A DNA stretch of 64,000 nucleotides from Thermodesulfovibrionia bacterium (GTDB taxonomy: Bacteria > Nitrospirota > Thermodesulfovibrionia > UBA6902), in NCBI GenBank assembly GCA_020057065.1, contig JAGVGM010000277.1, forward strand, positions 1,794 to 65,793. Direction: 5' to 3'. Shown here in pieces: positions 39,566-48,097 of this stretch (its first letter is position 1; the number at the start of each line of letters is the position of its first letter). The notes under the pieces are model-generated. The model did not search any database, was not told where the DNA came from, and saw only the letters and a program-made list of their open reading frames with translations. The position numbers were made by a program, and so were the translations under genes.

Positions 39566-42349
39566 ATGACATCCAAAATAGCTAAATTCTTTCTTTTTAT
39601 TATTCTTGCATCTGCGACTTATACATACGCGGAAACCGTAAAGCTCAATGTGACCAGAGACGTATGGCTCTCAGCATATCCAGGTGAAGAGAACTTCAAT
39701 ATGGGCGTTTCGCCGAAGCTGAAGCTCAAGGGTATTCAGGAGATGGCGATACTGGATTTTGATCTTTCACAACTGAAAGGGAAGAAGATAGAAAGTGCCA
39801 GACTGTATATTTGTAATGCAGCCAAAAACAATAAGCTGAGAAGGATCGGGATATCTACGGTTGCTTCCGACTGGGTTGAAGGCAGTTCAAGAGATTATTC
39901 AATTGACAAAATCGGCAAAGGCGCTGCATTCCTTTACTCAAGCTATAAAGAAAAAAGATGGGCTGGAGAGGGTTCTGATCTGACCGATGTGACGATGGGC
40001 AGCGGAAACACCCGGCAGCATCATACAGAGTTGCGAAGGGAAAACGGCATGTGGTGGTCTGTTGACATTGACCCGGAATTGCTTTACGCCCTGATATTAA
40101 ACAAGTCCCATGGGCTTCTTGTGATGGATGAATCAGGTCAGACAATGGTCAATAATTTTATATATTCAAAAGAATCAAAAGACTCATTGCCATATCTTGA
40201 GGTCGCCTATTCAAAGGCCGGGACAAAGAAGCCGCAGAAGCTTGACGCCAAATTATTACCGTCGCCTGAAAATGCTCATATGGAGTCCGGCGCTTTGGTA
40301 TTGAGGGTTCCGATTAAAGAGGATATCTTTGCCTTTGATGTATTCATTAATGATAAGGAAGCTCCTCTATGGAGGATCCCAAAACCGGGTCCGGTCAATT
40401 CCGTTCAGGAAATAATAATAGACTGGCTCCCGCCTGAGAAAAAAACAGATATCAAAATAATGGCCGTAAATGAACTTGGTCAAAGATCAGAACCGGTGTC
40501 TGTGAGTGGTTATGCGTCAAAGGCATTGTCGAGGATTGCTATTCACAACACCCCCACCCCCCTTGATAGGGGGGAAGATTTAAGAAAGGCCACGCTTCTA
40601 AGGGTGTGGGCATTGCCTGATATTGTCAAGATAGACCCTGTCAGCGGTAATGTGTTGTCAGAGACAGTATCTTCAGGATTTGATCATGCAAATACGATAT
40701 GGACCGAGAGTAAAAAAGAGATAAATCTCGTTGCGTTAAGGGGAGAGGTCATAGGATTTCAGTTATGTATTGAATCGGGCAATAAACTATTTGATGAACT
40801 GGAAATTAAAATGCCGGAATTGGCAAGTAATAATAAAAAGCTGATATCTGCGAAGCAGTTTTCCATGTATCAGGTGCATTACCTGAAGGTAAAAGAAAAA
40901 TGGTATCCGGAGATAGCCATTCCCATGAAGGACGGCAAAATAATCATGAAGGCAGAACAAAGACCTGTAAAAGATCAAAAGAATCAATTGATATACATTG
41001 ATCTTTCCATTCCTTCCCAGACAGATGCAGGGCTTTACAAAGGGGATATTCTTGTTCTAGGAAATGGGATCGTTGAGGAGACGCTTCATATTGATCTGAA
41101 GGTGGCTGATGTATTAATGCCCAAAAAACTTTCATTTGTTCCCGAATTAAATATGTATAACGGACCGGATAAAGCCGGAACAGAGAGGTTTTATCAGGCA
41201 CACCAAATAGCGCGCGAACATCGGACCGTTATTAACAGGGTCCCGTATAATCAGAACGGGACGGTTCACAATGATATGATCCCGAAGATCTCATATTCAA
41301 ATGACGGAAAGGTTGAGATCGACTGGACAGATTATGATCGAAGATTAGGTCCTTTATTTGACGGCTCGGTATTTTCTGCCGGGGAAAGAAGAGGGATGCC
41401 TGTTGAAAAGTTCTATCTCCCTTTTTTTGAGAACTGGCCGGCTCAGTTAGCGCCGAATTATAATTATGGATATGAAGGAGCAAAAACTAAGGAAGCAATT
41501 TCAAAACATGCAATGGATGCCCCGCCGGTGAATGATGCATTCACGTCAAAGTACAGGGAAAATTTCATTGAAGTAGTTAAGAAATTTAAGAAACATTTTG
41601 AAGATAAAGGCTGGGATCAGCCCGAATTTCAATTCTATCTTAATAATAAGCCGCGCTGGAAAGGCTCCTCTTCATGGTGGGATCTGGATGAGCCTGTGTC
41701 GTATGATGACTGGATGGCCTTAAAGTTCTACGGATCTCTCTTTAAACAGGCAACAGTGGATACACCTTTAAAGTTTATTTTCAGAGCGGATATCTCAAGG
41801 CCCCGGTGGCAGCATGACTGGCTGAACGGGCTGTTGGACAGGATGTATGTGCAGGACGAGGCGTTTTATAATTACACGGACAAAGTGCGTCAAATGAAAA
41901 AGACGGGGAAGATCAATTATTCCGTCTACGGCTCACTTAATAACATTGAATCATCAAATCAAAATACCGTATTCTGGTGCGTCAGGTCTTTTGCAGAAGG
42001 CGCTGATGGAGTGTTGCCCTGGCAGAGCCTGGGCGGGGCAAAGGCCTTTACAATACCCGACAGGAACGCCCTGATCATTGATGCAAGGGAACAGCTGGAT
42101 ATTGACTGGGTTGTCAGCCTCCGTGTGAAGGCTTTGCGAAGAGGTCAGCAGGATGCAGAGCTGCTGGGCCTGATAGAGAAGAAGTACGGTTATAACCGGG
42201 AGCAGATCCGTGATCTTGTTAACAGGTATTTTGAGACAGTTAAGCTTTCAGGGAATAATGACGACATGAATACAACAATAGATACTGCCAGAATGGATAA
42301 TTTCAGAAAGATCCTGATTGAAATGCTGGAACATGAAAGAAACAGATAA
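39566..42349 (+). CDS. Secreted 927-aa protein: N-terminal DNRLRE-like domain and C-terminal DUF4091-like putative glycoside-hydrolase region
   Basis: Signal peptide MTSKIAKFFLFIILASATYTYA. AILDFDLSQLKGKKIESARLYICNA resembles the DNRLRE pattern. The C-terminal ...GADGVLPWQSLGG...VSLRVKALRRGQQDAELL resembles DUF4091. Domain names are from recollection. Confidence 0.6.
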   Translation: MTSKIAKFFLFIILASATYTYAETVKLNVTRDVWLSAYPGEENFNMGVSPKLKLKGIQEMAILDFDLSQLKGKKIESARLYICNAAKNNKLRRIGISTVASDWVEGSSRDYSIDKIGKGAAFLYSSYKEKRWAGEGSDLTDVTMGSGNTRQHHTELRRENGMWWSVDIDPELLYALILNKSHGLLVMDESGQTMVNNFIYSKESKDSLPYLEVAYSKAGTKKPQKLDAKLLPSPENAHMESGALVLRVPIKEDIFAFDVFINDKEAPLWRIPKPGPVNSVQEIIIDWLPPEKKTDIKIMAVNELGQRSEPVSVSGYASKALSRIAIHNTPTPLDRGEDLRKATLLRVWALPDIVKIDPVSGNVLSETVSSGFDHANTIWTESKKEINLVALRGEVIGFQLCIESGNKLFDELEIKMPELASNNKKLISAKQFSMYQVHYLKVKEKWYPEIAIPMKDGKIIMKAEQRPVKDQKNQLIYIDLSIPSQTDAGLYKGDILVLGNGIVEETLHIDLKVADVLMPKKLSFVPELNMYNGPDKAGTERFYQAHQIAREHRTVINRVPYNQNGTVHNDMIPKISYSNDGKVEIDWTDYDRRLGPLFDGSVFSAGERRGMPVEKFYLPFFENWPAQLAPNYNYGYEGAKTKEAISKHAMDAPPVNDAFTSKYRENFIEVVKKFKKHFEDKGWDQPEFQFYLNNKPRWKGSSSWWDLDEPVSYDDWMALKFYGSLFKQATVDTPLKFIFRADISRPRWQHDWLNGLLDRMYVQDEAFYNYTDKVRQMKKTGKINYSVYGSLNNIESSNQNTVFWCVRSFAEGADGVLPWQSLGGAKAFTIPDRNALIIDAREQLDIDWVVSLRVKALRRGQQDAELLGLIEKKYGYNREQIRDLVNRYFETVKLSGNNDDMNTTIDTARMDNFRKILIEMLEHERNR

Positions 42350-43166
42350 AATAAACATTACTTCAACAATATTATTCCTGTGTGCCATGGGATTCCTGTA
42401 CTGGAAAACTGTCCTTGGAATGGTCCACGACTGGTATATAGATGAGAACTACTCTCACGGATTCCTTATACCGGTAATATCGGGCTATTTTTACTGGCAG
42501 ATGAGGGATAGAGTAAGATCTATTGAAAAAACCCGGTCCGTTTCCGGTCTCTTTATATTGCTTTTCGGGATGAGCATATTTCTTGTCGGTTATCTTGCAG
42601 GTGAACAGTTTACAATGAGGTTTTCGATGCTTATTGTAGCGGCCGGCGCCATAGTATTTGCTTACGGAATGGAAATTTTTAAAGCAATATCGTTCCCTTT
42701 ACTCTACCTCATATTTATGATCCCTCTGCCATATATACTTTATGATTCGGTAGCATTTCCTTTAAAACTTCTTGTATCAAAAGTCTCGGTAGAGTTTTTA
42801 TCATTTATAGGGATCCTTGTTATGCGGGAAGGCAATATTATACATCTTGCCAGTACAACGCTTGAGGTGGCGGATGCATGCAGCGGCATCAGATCTATTA
42901 TATCCCTGCTTGCGTTATCAACAGCCATTGCTTATTTAACCCAAAAAGGATGGATCAAAAGAGTAATACTTATTGTTCTTGCGGTTCCAATCGCTGTATT
43001 CGTGAATTCTATCAGGGTCATTGTCACCGGTATTCTTGCAGAAAAATATGGCGCAGCGGCGGCAGAGGGTTTCTTTCATGAGTTTGCGGGCCTTGTGATA
43101 TTTGGCATTGCGATAGTAATGCTGATTTCATCGGCGGTCATTATGGGAAAGATGAATAGAAAATAA
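42333..43166 (+). CDS. xrtA: Exosortase (EpsH/XrtA-like)
   Basis: Polytopic membrane protein with catalytic-type motifs ADACSGIRS, VNSIRV and FFHEFAG. ATG 42333 overlaps the upstream stop (42347-42349) by 17 nt. Confidence 0.9.
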   Translation: MKETDKINITSTILFLCAMGFLYWKTVLGMVHDWYIDENYSHGFLIPVISGYFYWQMRDRVRSIEKTRSVSGLFILLFGMSIFLVGYLAGEQFTMRFSMLIVAAGAIVFAYGMEIFKAISFPLLYLIFMIPLPYILYDSVAFPLKLLVSKVSVEFLSFIGILVMREGNIIHLASTTLEVADACSGIRSIISLLALSTAIAYLTQKGWIKRVILIVLAVPIAVFVNSIRVIVTGILAEKYGAAAAEGFFHEFAGLVIFGIAIVMLISSAVIMGKMNRK

Positions 43167-43168
43167 AT

Positions 43169-43280
43169 AGTTAAGGAGTTGCGAGTTAAGGAGTTAAGGA
43201 GTTCTGAAGTTATAGGAGTTATAATAAAAGAGAGGTGTTTAATTGACTCCATAACTCTACAACTCCTAAACTCCTGAACT
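43169..43280. repeat. Inverted arrays of GGAGTT-periodic 8-mers (long imperfect hairpin) between xrt and epsI
   Basis: The left arm is agttaaggagttgcgagttaaggagttaaggagttctgaagttataggagttat. The right arm is actccataactctacaactcctaaactcctgaact. Confidence 0.8.
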
Positions 43281-43288
43281 AATTAATC

Positions 43289-43915
43289 ATGAATAAAAGA
43301 ATACTGATAGCAGCGGGCATCATATTGTTGTTTGCAATATATATAAGGACAGGCTCTTTCCATGAAGTGGTTCCTTTAAAGAAAGCACTGGATGACTTTC
43401 CGCTTGTATGGAAAGGATGGGAGGGCAATAAAAACTTTTTTGATGCGATTATACTTGACAGATTAAGGGCTGACGAATATATGTCGAGAGAATACGTTAA
43501 GGGAGCTGACAGGATTCAGCTGTATGTCGGTTATTACAGCTCACAAAAAGAAGGGGCCCAGATCCATTCCCCCAAGCATTGTTTGCCGGGAAGCGGGTGG
43601 TTTAAGGTTTATGAGAAAAATAAAATATTGGACATTGAAAATACAGATAAAATAAATTATATTGAAGCGTTATATCAAAAAGGCTCTGAAAAAAAGCTTT
43701 TCATATATTGGTATAAAATGAAGGACGTTTATATTACTAATGATTATATTTTAAAGTTGTATATGATCATCAACTCTTTAAAATACAGGAGGAACGATGC
43801 CGCTTTTTTAAGGTTTTCAACGCCGGTCACTAAAAATGTTGAAGATGCTGAGAATGTGATTGAAAGCGCCATGAGAGATCTTCTTCCGTTACTTAAGGAC
43901 CATTTGCCGGAATGA
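43289..43915 (+). CDS. epsI: EpsI-family exosortase-associated protein
   Basis: N-terminal TM, then LYVGYYSSQKEGAQIHSPKHCLPGSGW. Confidence 0.85.
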   Translation: MNKRILIAAGIILLFAIYIRTGSFHEVVPLKKALDDFPLVWKGWEGNKNFFDAIILDRLRADEYMSREYVKGADRIQLYVGYYSSQKEGAQIHSPKHCLPGSGWFKVYEKNKILDIENTDKINYIEALYQKGSEKKLFIYWYKMKDVYITNDYILKLYMIINSLKYRRNDAAFLRFSTPVTKNVEDAENVIESAMRDLLPLLKDHLPE

Positions 43916-43939
43916 ATTAATTATTTATAAGGAAAAAAC

Positions 43940-44551
43940 ATGAAAGAAAATAATGTTATATGGGATGACAGGTATGTAAAGAGGGAGGAACGAAACCGTC
44001 TGAACAATCATAAAAGCGGTTTTGTCTTGCTCACCGGACTTTCAGCATCCGGAAAATCTACGATTGCCCATCACGTAGAGAGAGAACTTTTTGATGATGG
44101 TATTCATGCATATGTCCTTGACGGTGACAATATAAGACATGGCCTGAACAGTAATTTGACCTTTAGCAGGGAAGACAGAAAAGAAAACCTTAGAAGGATA
44201 GTTGAAGTGTCCAAACTTTTTGTAGATGCCGGGATTATCGTCTTCGGCGCTTTTATCTTCCCGTACTCAGAGGATAGAGAATATATAAAAAAGCGTTTTG
44301 AAGGTGATAACTTTCTTGAAATATATGTAAAGTGTTCTATTGAATTATGTGAAAAGCGTGATCCTAAGGGTCAATATCAAAAAGCAAGAGCAGGAATTAT
44401 AAAGAACTATACAGGTATTTCTTCTCCCTACGAAGAACCCCAAAACCCTGATCTTGTTATAGATACGGAAGTAGCCGATATTGAGAATTCAGTCCGGATG
44501 ATTACATATCTTCTTACAAAGAAAAAAATATTAGCTGTTGATAAAATTTAA
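43940..44551 (+). CDS. cysC: Adenylyl-sulfate (APS) kinase
   Basis: FVLLTGLSASGKSTIA, LDGDNIRHGLNSNLTFSREDRKENLRR and ISSPYEEP. Confidence 0.92.
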   Translation: MKENNVIWDDRYVKREERNRLNNHKSGFVLLTGLSASGKSTIAHHVERELFDDGIHAYVLDGDNIRHGLNSNLTFSREDRKENLRRIVEVSKLFVDAGIIVFGAFIFPYSEDREYIKKRFEGDNFLEIYVKCSIELCEKRDPKGQYQKARAGIIKNYTGISSPYEEPQNPDLVIDTEVADIENSVRMITYLLTKKKILAVDKI

Positions 44552-44557
44552 GACTGT

Positions 44558-44610
44558 AAAAAAACCCCCCTATCAAAATGAGCTTAATGCCCCATTAGAT
44601 AGGGGTTTTT
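44558..44610. terminator. Bidirectional hairpin between convergent cysC and the FN3 protein gene
   Basis: AAAAAAACCCCCCTATC...GATAGGGGTTTTT. An 8-bp GC-rich stem is flanked by an A-run and a T-run. The loop is about 23 nt, which is long. Confidence 0.5.
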
Positions 44611-44615
44611 ACTAT

Positions 44616-46487
44616 TTATTTCTTGATCTTGACAGACATTACATCATAGTAATATGTTTCAGGGTCTATCGAGCCGTTCTTATTTGTATCAACCCCAAAG
44701 TAAAGGTTATATAAACCCTTTGGTAATCCTTTCATTTTCAGCGTCTCAACACTGACCGTATTAACAAGTGGTTTCTGATCATACTGTAAAATGCCAAGCC
44801 GCCATCTTTCAGACAGAGTGTCATAGTAGTACCAGTTATTTTTTCTTTCTAACAGCACCCACCATTCGGCATCAATCCCCTCATAACTTTCAGGATTAAG
44901 CTGTAATTCTATTTCAGCCGTTTTACCTTTTCTCAATTTAATAAAATCATCTGAACCGTTAACCTTAATTTCAGGTGCGGGATTTATAATATCAGTGCCG
45001 GGCCCTGTTAGGGGAATAGTAAATGCTGGGGTATTTGGATCATTGGAGTTAATTAAAAGATCTGCGCTCTTTGACCCCTCTGCAGCAGGCTGGAAAACTA
45101 TATCAAGCATACACGACTCCGCAGGTTGTAGTGTTTGATTGGTGCAACTATTGGTGTTTAATGTGAAACTGCCAGCATCTGCCCCAATAACACTAATGGC
45201 ATTTATGGATAGCTCTTGCACGCCTGTATTTGAGATCAAAATTGTTTGTTTTGAGGATGGCTCCATTATTGTACTTGAAAACTCAAGTTGAGTTGGTTGA
45301 CAGGTTACCCAGACATTATCAAGTGCCCAGAACTCATTGGTTGAATTGCCCGTATAACTGAATCTTATCTTTGCGTTATCAGTATCTGCAGCATCGCTTA
45401 TATCAATGGTTTTCCAGTTCGGGTCCGGATACCCATCTCTTAACGGCATGTTGACAGTATTTGTCCAGTTAGATCCTCCGTCATCACTGATATTGATTTC
45501 GACATTGCCGTTTATCAGATGACGCTGGTTGCTGAATGCAAGTTCAACGCTATTACAGGATGTGGTATCCAATACCGGGGTTATCAGTTCATCGGTCCCT
45601 GTCATTGTGCAGGATGAATCTGCTATTGCGAACGGTGCAACAAATGGAGAACTTATGGTCTTTTCACAAGGATTATCTGTATTCCAGTTACCAGCTTTTT
45701 CCCAGGTGTTTGGTATTCCACCTGAGAAATCCTCACTTAACAGCACTTTGCTTACACTAATGGCAGATGTGCATCCTTCGTCAACCTGACCATTACAGTT
45801 GTTGTCTGATCCGTCACATACTTCAGCGGTTGGCGTATAGGGATTGCAAGTATTAATTAGTTGACCACTTGTACATTGCTGAGTCCCTGTGGAGGAGCAA
45901 GCCCCTACACCGCAGATAGTAGTTGATGGTACAAACCCCTCATCAACCTGGCCGTTGCAGTTATCATCTGTTCCATTACAAATGGTATCCGGAGCGCCGG
46001 GGTTAATAATAGCGTTGTTATCATTACAGTCATTGCCTGCTGTTGTCTGGCATCCTGCCGGTTGACAGCCTGTTCCGGTACAGGTGCCGTCAGTTGATGA
46101 ACTTATGTAACCATCATTGTCTTTATCGCAGTAGTAACTTATTGCAGTAATAGTTGTACTTATTTCATTGGAAGCAATGCTTTGATTGCCGCTCGTATCA
46201 TATGCAGTTATAGCAAAATAGTATGAAGATCCGGCTGAAAGATCTGTGATTGTGTAGCTTGTTACATTGCCGGCATCATTACTTTGAGTATAATTTCCTG
46301 AGATTAGGCCATAGTAGACTCTATAGCCTGCCAGGTCTCTCAAAGGCGTACCGTCAGCATTTGTGGTTGGGGGGGTCCAGGAAAGGGTTATATTTGTTGC
46401 GAATAGAACGGAAGCGCTAAAAAGGCTTATCAGAAAAAATATGAACCCGAAATATACTCTTTTATGTTTTGTGTATGTTTTTGACAT
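44616..46487 (-). CDS. Secreted multidomain protein (FN3, Cys-rich putative metal-binding repeats, lectin-like domain, choice-of-anchor-D/ASH-like domain)
   Basis: Signal anchor, then an FN3-like domain (ITLSWTPPTTNADGTPL..GYRVYYG). There are two C..DCNDNN..INPGA..CNG.DDNCNGQVDEG-type repeats. ILISNTGVQELSINAISVIGADAGSF is typical of choice-of-anchor D. Confidence 0.7.
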   Translation of the reverse strand: MSKTYTKHKRVYFGFIFFLISLFSASVLFATNITLSWTPPTTNADGTPLRDLAGYRVYYGLISGNYTQSNDAGNVTSYTITDLSAGSSYYFAITAYDTSGNQSIASNEISTTITAISYYCDKDNDGYISSSTDGTCTGTGCQPAGCQTTAGNDCNDNNAIINPGAPDTICNGTDDNCNGQVDEGFVPSTTICGVGACSSTGTQQCTSGQLINTCNPYTPTAEVCDGSDNNCNGQVDEGCTSAISVSKVLLSEDFSGGIPNTWEKAGNWNTDNPCEKTISSPFVAPFAIADSSCTMTGTDELITPVLDTTSCNSVELAFSNQRHLINGNVEINISDDGGSNWTNTVNMPLRDGYPDPNWKTIDISDAADTDNAKIRFSYTGNSTNEFWALDNVWVTCQPTQLEFSSTIMEPSSKQTILISNTGVQELSINAISVIGADAGSFTLNTNSCTNQTLQPAESCMLDIVFQPAAEGSKSADLLINSNDPNTPAFTIPLTGPGTDIINPAPEIKVNGSDDFIKLRKGKTAEIELQLNPESYEGIDAEWWVLLERKNNWYYYDTLSERWRLGILQYDQKPLVNTVSVETLKMKGLPKGLYNLYFGVDTNKNGSIDPETYYYDVMSVKIKK

Positions 46488-46549
46488 GGCCCTTGCCCTC
46501 CGTCACTTTTTCCGAGCCAGGAAACAGGCCGATAACCATGTCAAGCGCT

Positions 46550-46635
46550 GTTTCTTCGGCAGCCTGGCCATCCCAATACTGCGGGATCCGCGGCTTTGTG
46601 CCCCCCGGTTACCCGGGGTTTACCGTTTCGGAAAC
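46550..46635 (-). ncRNA. Candidate c-di-GMP-I (GEMM-I-like) riboswitch aptamer in the 5' leader
   Basis: A GC-rich island in AT-rich intergenic DNA. The RNA reads GUUUCCGAAACGGUAAACCCCGGGUAACCGGGGGGCACAAAGCCGCGGAUCCCGCAGUAUUGGGAUGGCCAGGCUGCCGAAGAAAC. The layout is GGUAAA, a 6-bp stem with a GUAA (GNRA) loop, GGCACAAAGCC, then a second hairpin. This mirrors the remembered Vc2 GGGCAAA-stem(GAAA)-GGACGCAAAGCC-stem. Confidence 0.4.
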
Positions 46636-46932
46636 ATATTTTTATGTACTCTTATTAATAGAATAATTGAAAAAGCCTTTTACAGCAGTGATCCATATCA
46701 CGAAATATGTCGATTTTTTTTACTACCGCAGGAAAGGTTTACAATTTAGTCCTTAAGTGAAAAATCTTATAAAATTAAGAGGTTAAGGTATTTACAGTGT
46801 GTGTTATTATTTTTTTATAGAAGAATTATGTCGAATTAATTTACATAATAATAAAAAATACAATAAGGACAAAAAAACGGGCAAAGCTAAATAAACTAAT
46901 ATTATCAGCATGTTATGGTAATATTTGAGAAT

Positions 46933-46948
46933 TGGCATATATATTGCT
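46933..46948 (+). promoter_or_regulatory. Sigma-54 (-24/-12) promoter of the first PEP-CTERM gene
   Basis: TGGCAT-ATATA-TTGCT has exact GG-N10-GC spacing and ends 70 nt before ATG 47019. Confidence 0.75.
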
Positions 46949-47018
46949 TTAAACAAATATAGAAAACAAAAAAAATAATTCAATATAAAATTGAAAATTA
47001 AAAAAGGAGGATGTAACA

Positions 47019-47654
47019 ATGAATAAAATAGTAAAAATCTTATTAGTCTTAGTAGCTGTAATAGGTATAATGGGAGTTCAGCCAGCTAATGCTGTTCCTA
47101 CCCTTACATTAACAAGTGGTGCATTTTCATTCACAATTACTGATGAAGGAATTGGGGATTTGACCACTGGTGCGGGTGCTATGACTTTTAGTGGCGCAGT
47201 TGGCGACTTTATTGTTAACGTATCAACAGGCATCACAAAGCCGGTTCTGGGTTCTGCGAGCATGCCTTGGATGGATCTTAATTCAGTTAATGTATCATCA
47301 AAAGCTGCCACATTAGAAATTTGGTTCGATGATTCAGGATTTACCTATAACGGTGGTTTGATAATGAACGTAGGCGGTACATTCCAGAACACAGCAACAT
47401 TCGAAACCCGTGTTAATGGAACAACGATCAGTTCCCTTATTTTAGGTCCTGGACCAGCTGCTGGTACAACTGGCGGTGCTGCGTCACTGACGTCCTCTGA
47501 CACGCTGACTTTATACACTAATATCAATCATTTAAAAGCTGGCGCTACAAGCTTTGACCAGGAAGTTGTAACACCTGAACCAAGTACATTATTGCTCCTG
47601 GGTTCGGGTCTGGTAGGCGCTGCATTCTACGCAAGACGCAGAAAAGTAAAATAG
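47019..47654 (+). CDS. PEP-CTERM sorting-domain secreted protein
   Basis: Signal peptide, and a C-terminal VTPEPSTLLLLGSGLVGAAFYARRRKVK. AAGGAGG precedes the start. Confidence 0.92.
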   Translation: MNKIVKILLVLVAVIGIMGVQPANAVPTLTLTSGAFSFTITDEGIGDLTTGAGAMTFSGAVGDFIVNVSTGITKPVLGSASMPWMDLNSVNVSSKAATLEIWFDDSGFTYNGGLIMNVGGTFQNTATFETRVNGTTISSLILGPGPAAGTTGGAASLTSSDTLTLYTNINHLKAGATSFDQEVVTPEPSTLLLLGSGLVGAAFYARRRKVK

Positions 47655-47678
47655 CTCATAAGTTAACAATATAAAAAA

Positions 47679-47712
47679 GGCGGTTGCAAATTTTTGCAAC
47701 CGCCTTTTTTTT
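47679..47712 (+). terminator. Rho-independent terminator
   Basis: GGCGGTTGCAAATTTTTGCAACCGCC followed by T8. Confidence 0.85.
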
Positions 47713-48011
47713 GGTGCACCCGGCACTGGCGGCAACTTGGCGATGGAATATTATAGTATAGACTTGGTAGAGAGAACCATCAGCTGAAGGCAAGCGTGTG
47801 TTCATTGTTTTTTTCAAAAGATTGAAGGCCTGAACCTGTCAGTGGGCAGGAACCGATATTATTTCAGAATTTAGCAGCTACATCGAGAGACGCCCTTTTA
47901 GTAGGAAAAAGTTTACAGTTAGTGTCGTAATAATTTACATAAATTAAGAAACAAAAAACTGTAAAAATAAAATAATGTTCTTTATCAATATGTTATTGTG
48001 TCTTATTGGGG

Positions 48012-48027
48012 TGGCATGTAAATTGCA
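48012..48027 (+). promoter_or_regulatory. Sigma-54 (-24/-12) promoter of the second PEP-CTERM gene
   Basis: TGGCAT-GTAAA-TTGCA ends 70 nt before ATG 48098. Confidence 0.75.
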
Positions 48028-48097
48028 TTTACATATAAACAGTAAAGCAAATAAAAATTCAATTATGAAATTGATAAATAAACAGGAGGATTAAAAA

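Noticed and set aside
46363-46749. 128-aa and 65-aa plus-strand ORFs across the leader region
   Set aside because: They overlap the 5' end of the minus-strand FN3 gene and its GC-rich structured leader. They have no RBS and no motifs.
46807-47019. 70-aa hydrophobic minus-strand ORF
   Set aside because: It lies in the extremely AT-rich promoter/enhancer region of the first PEP-CTERM gene and covers the sigma-54 box. Its Phe/Leu/Ile/Tyr-rich composition is what AT-rich DNA yields by chance.
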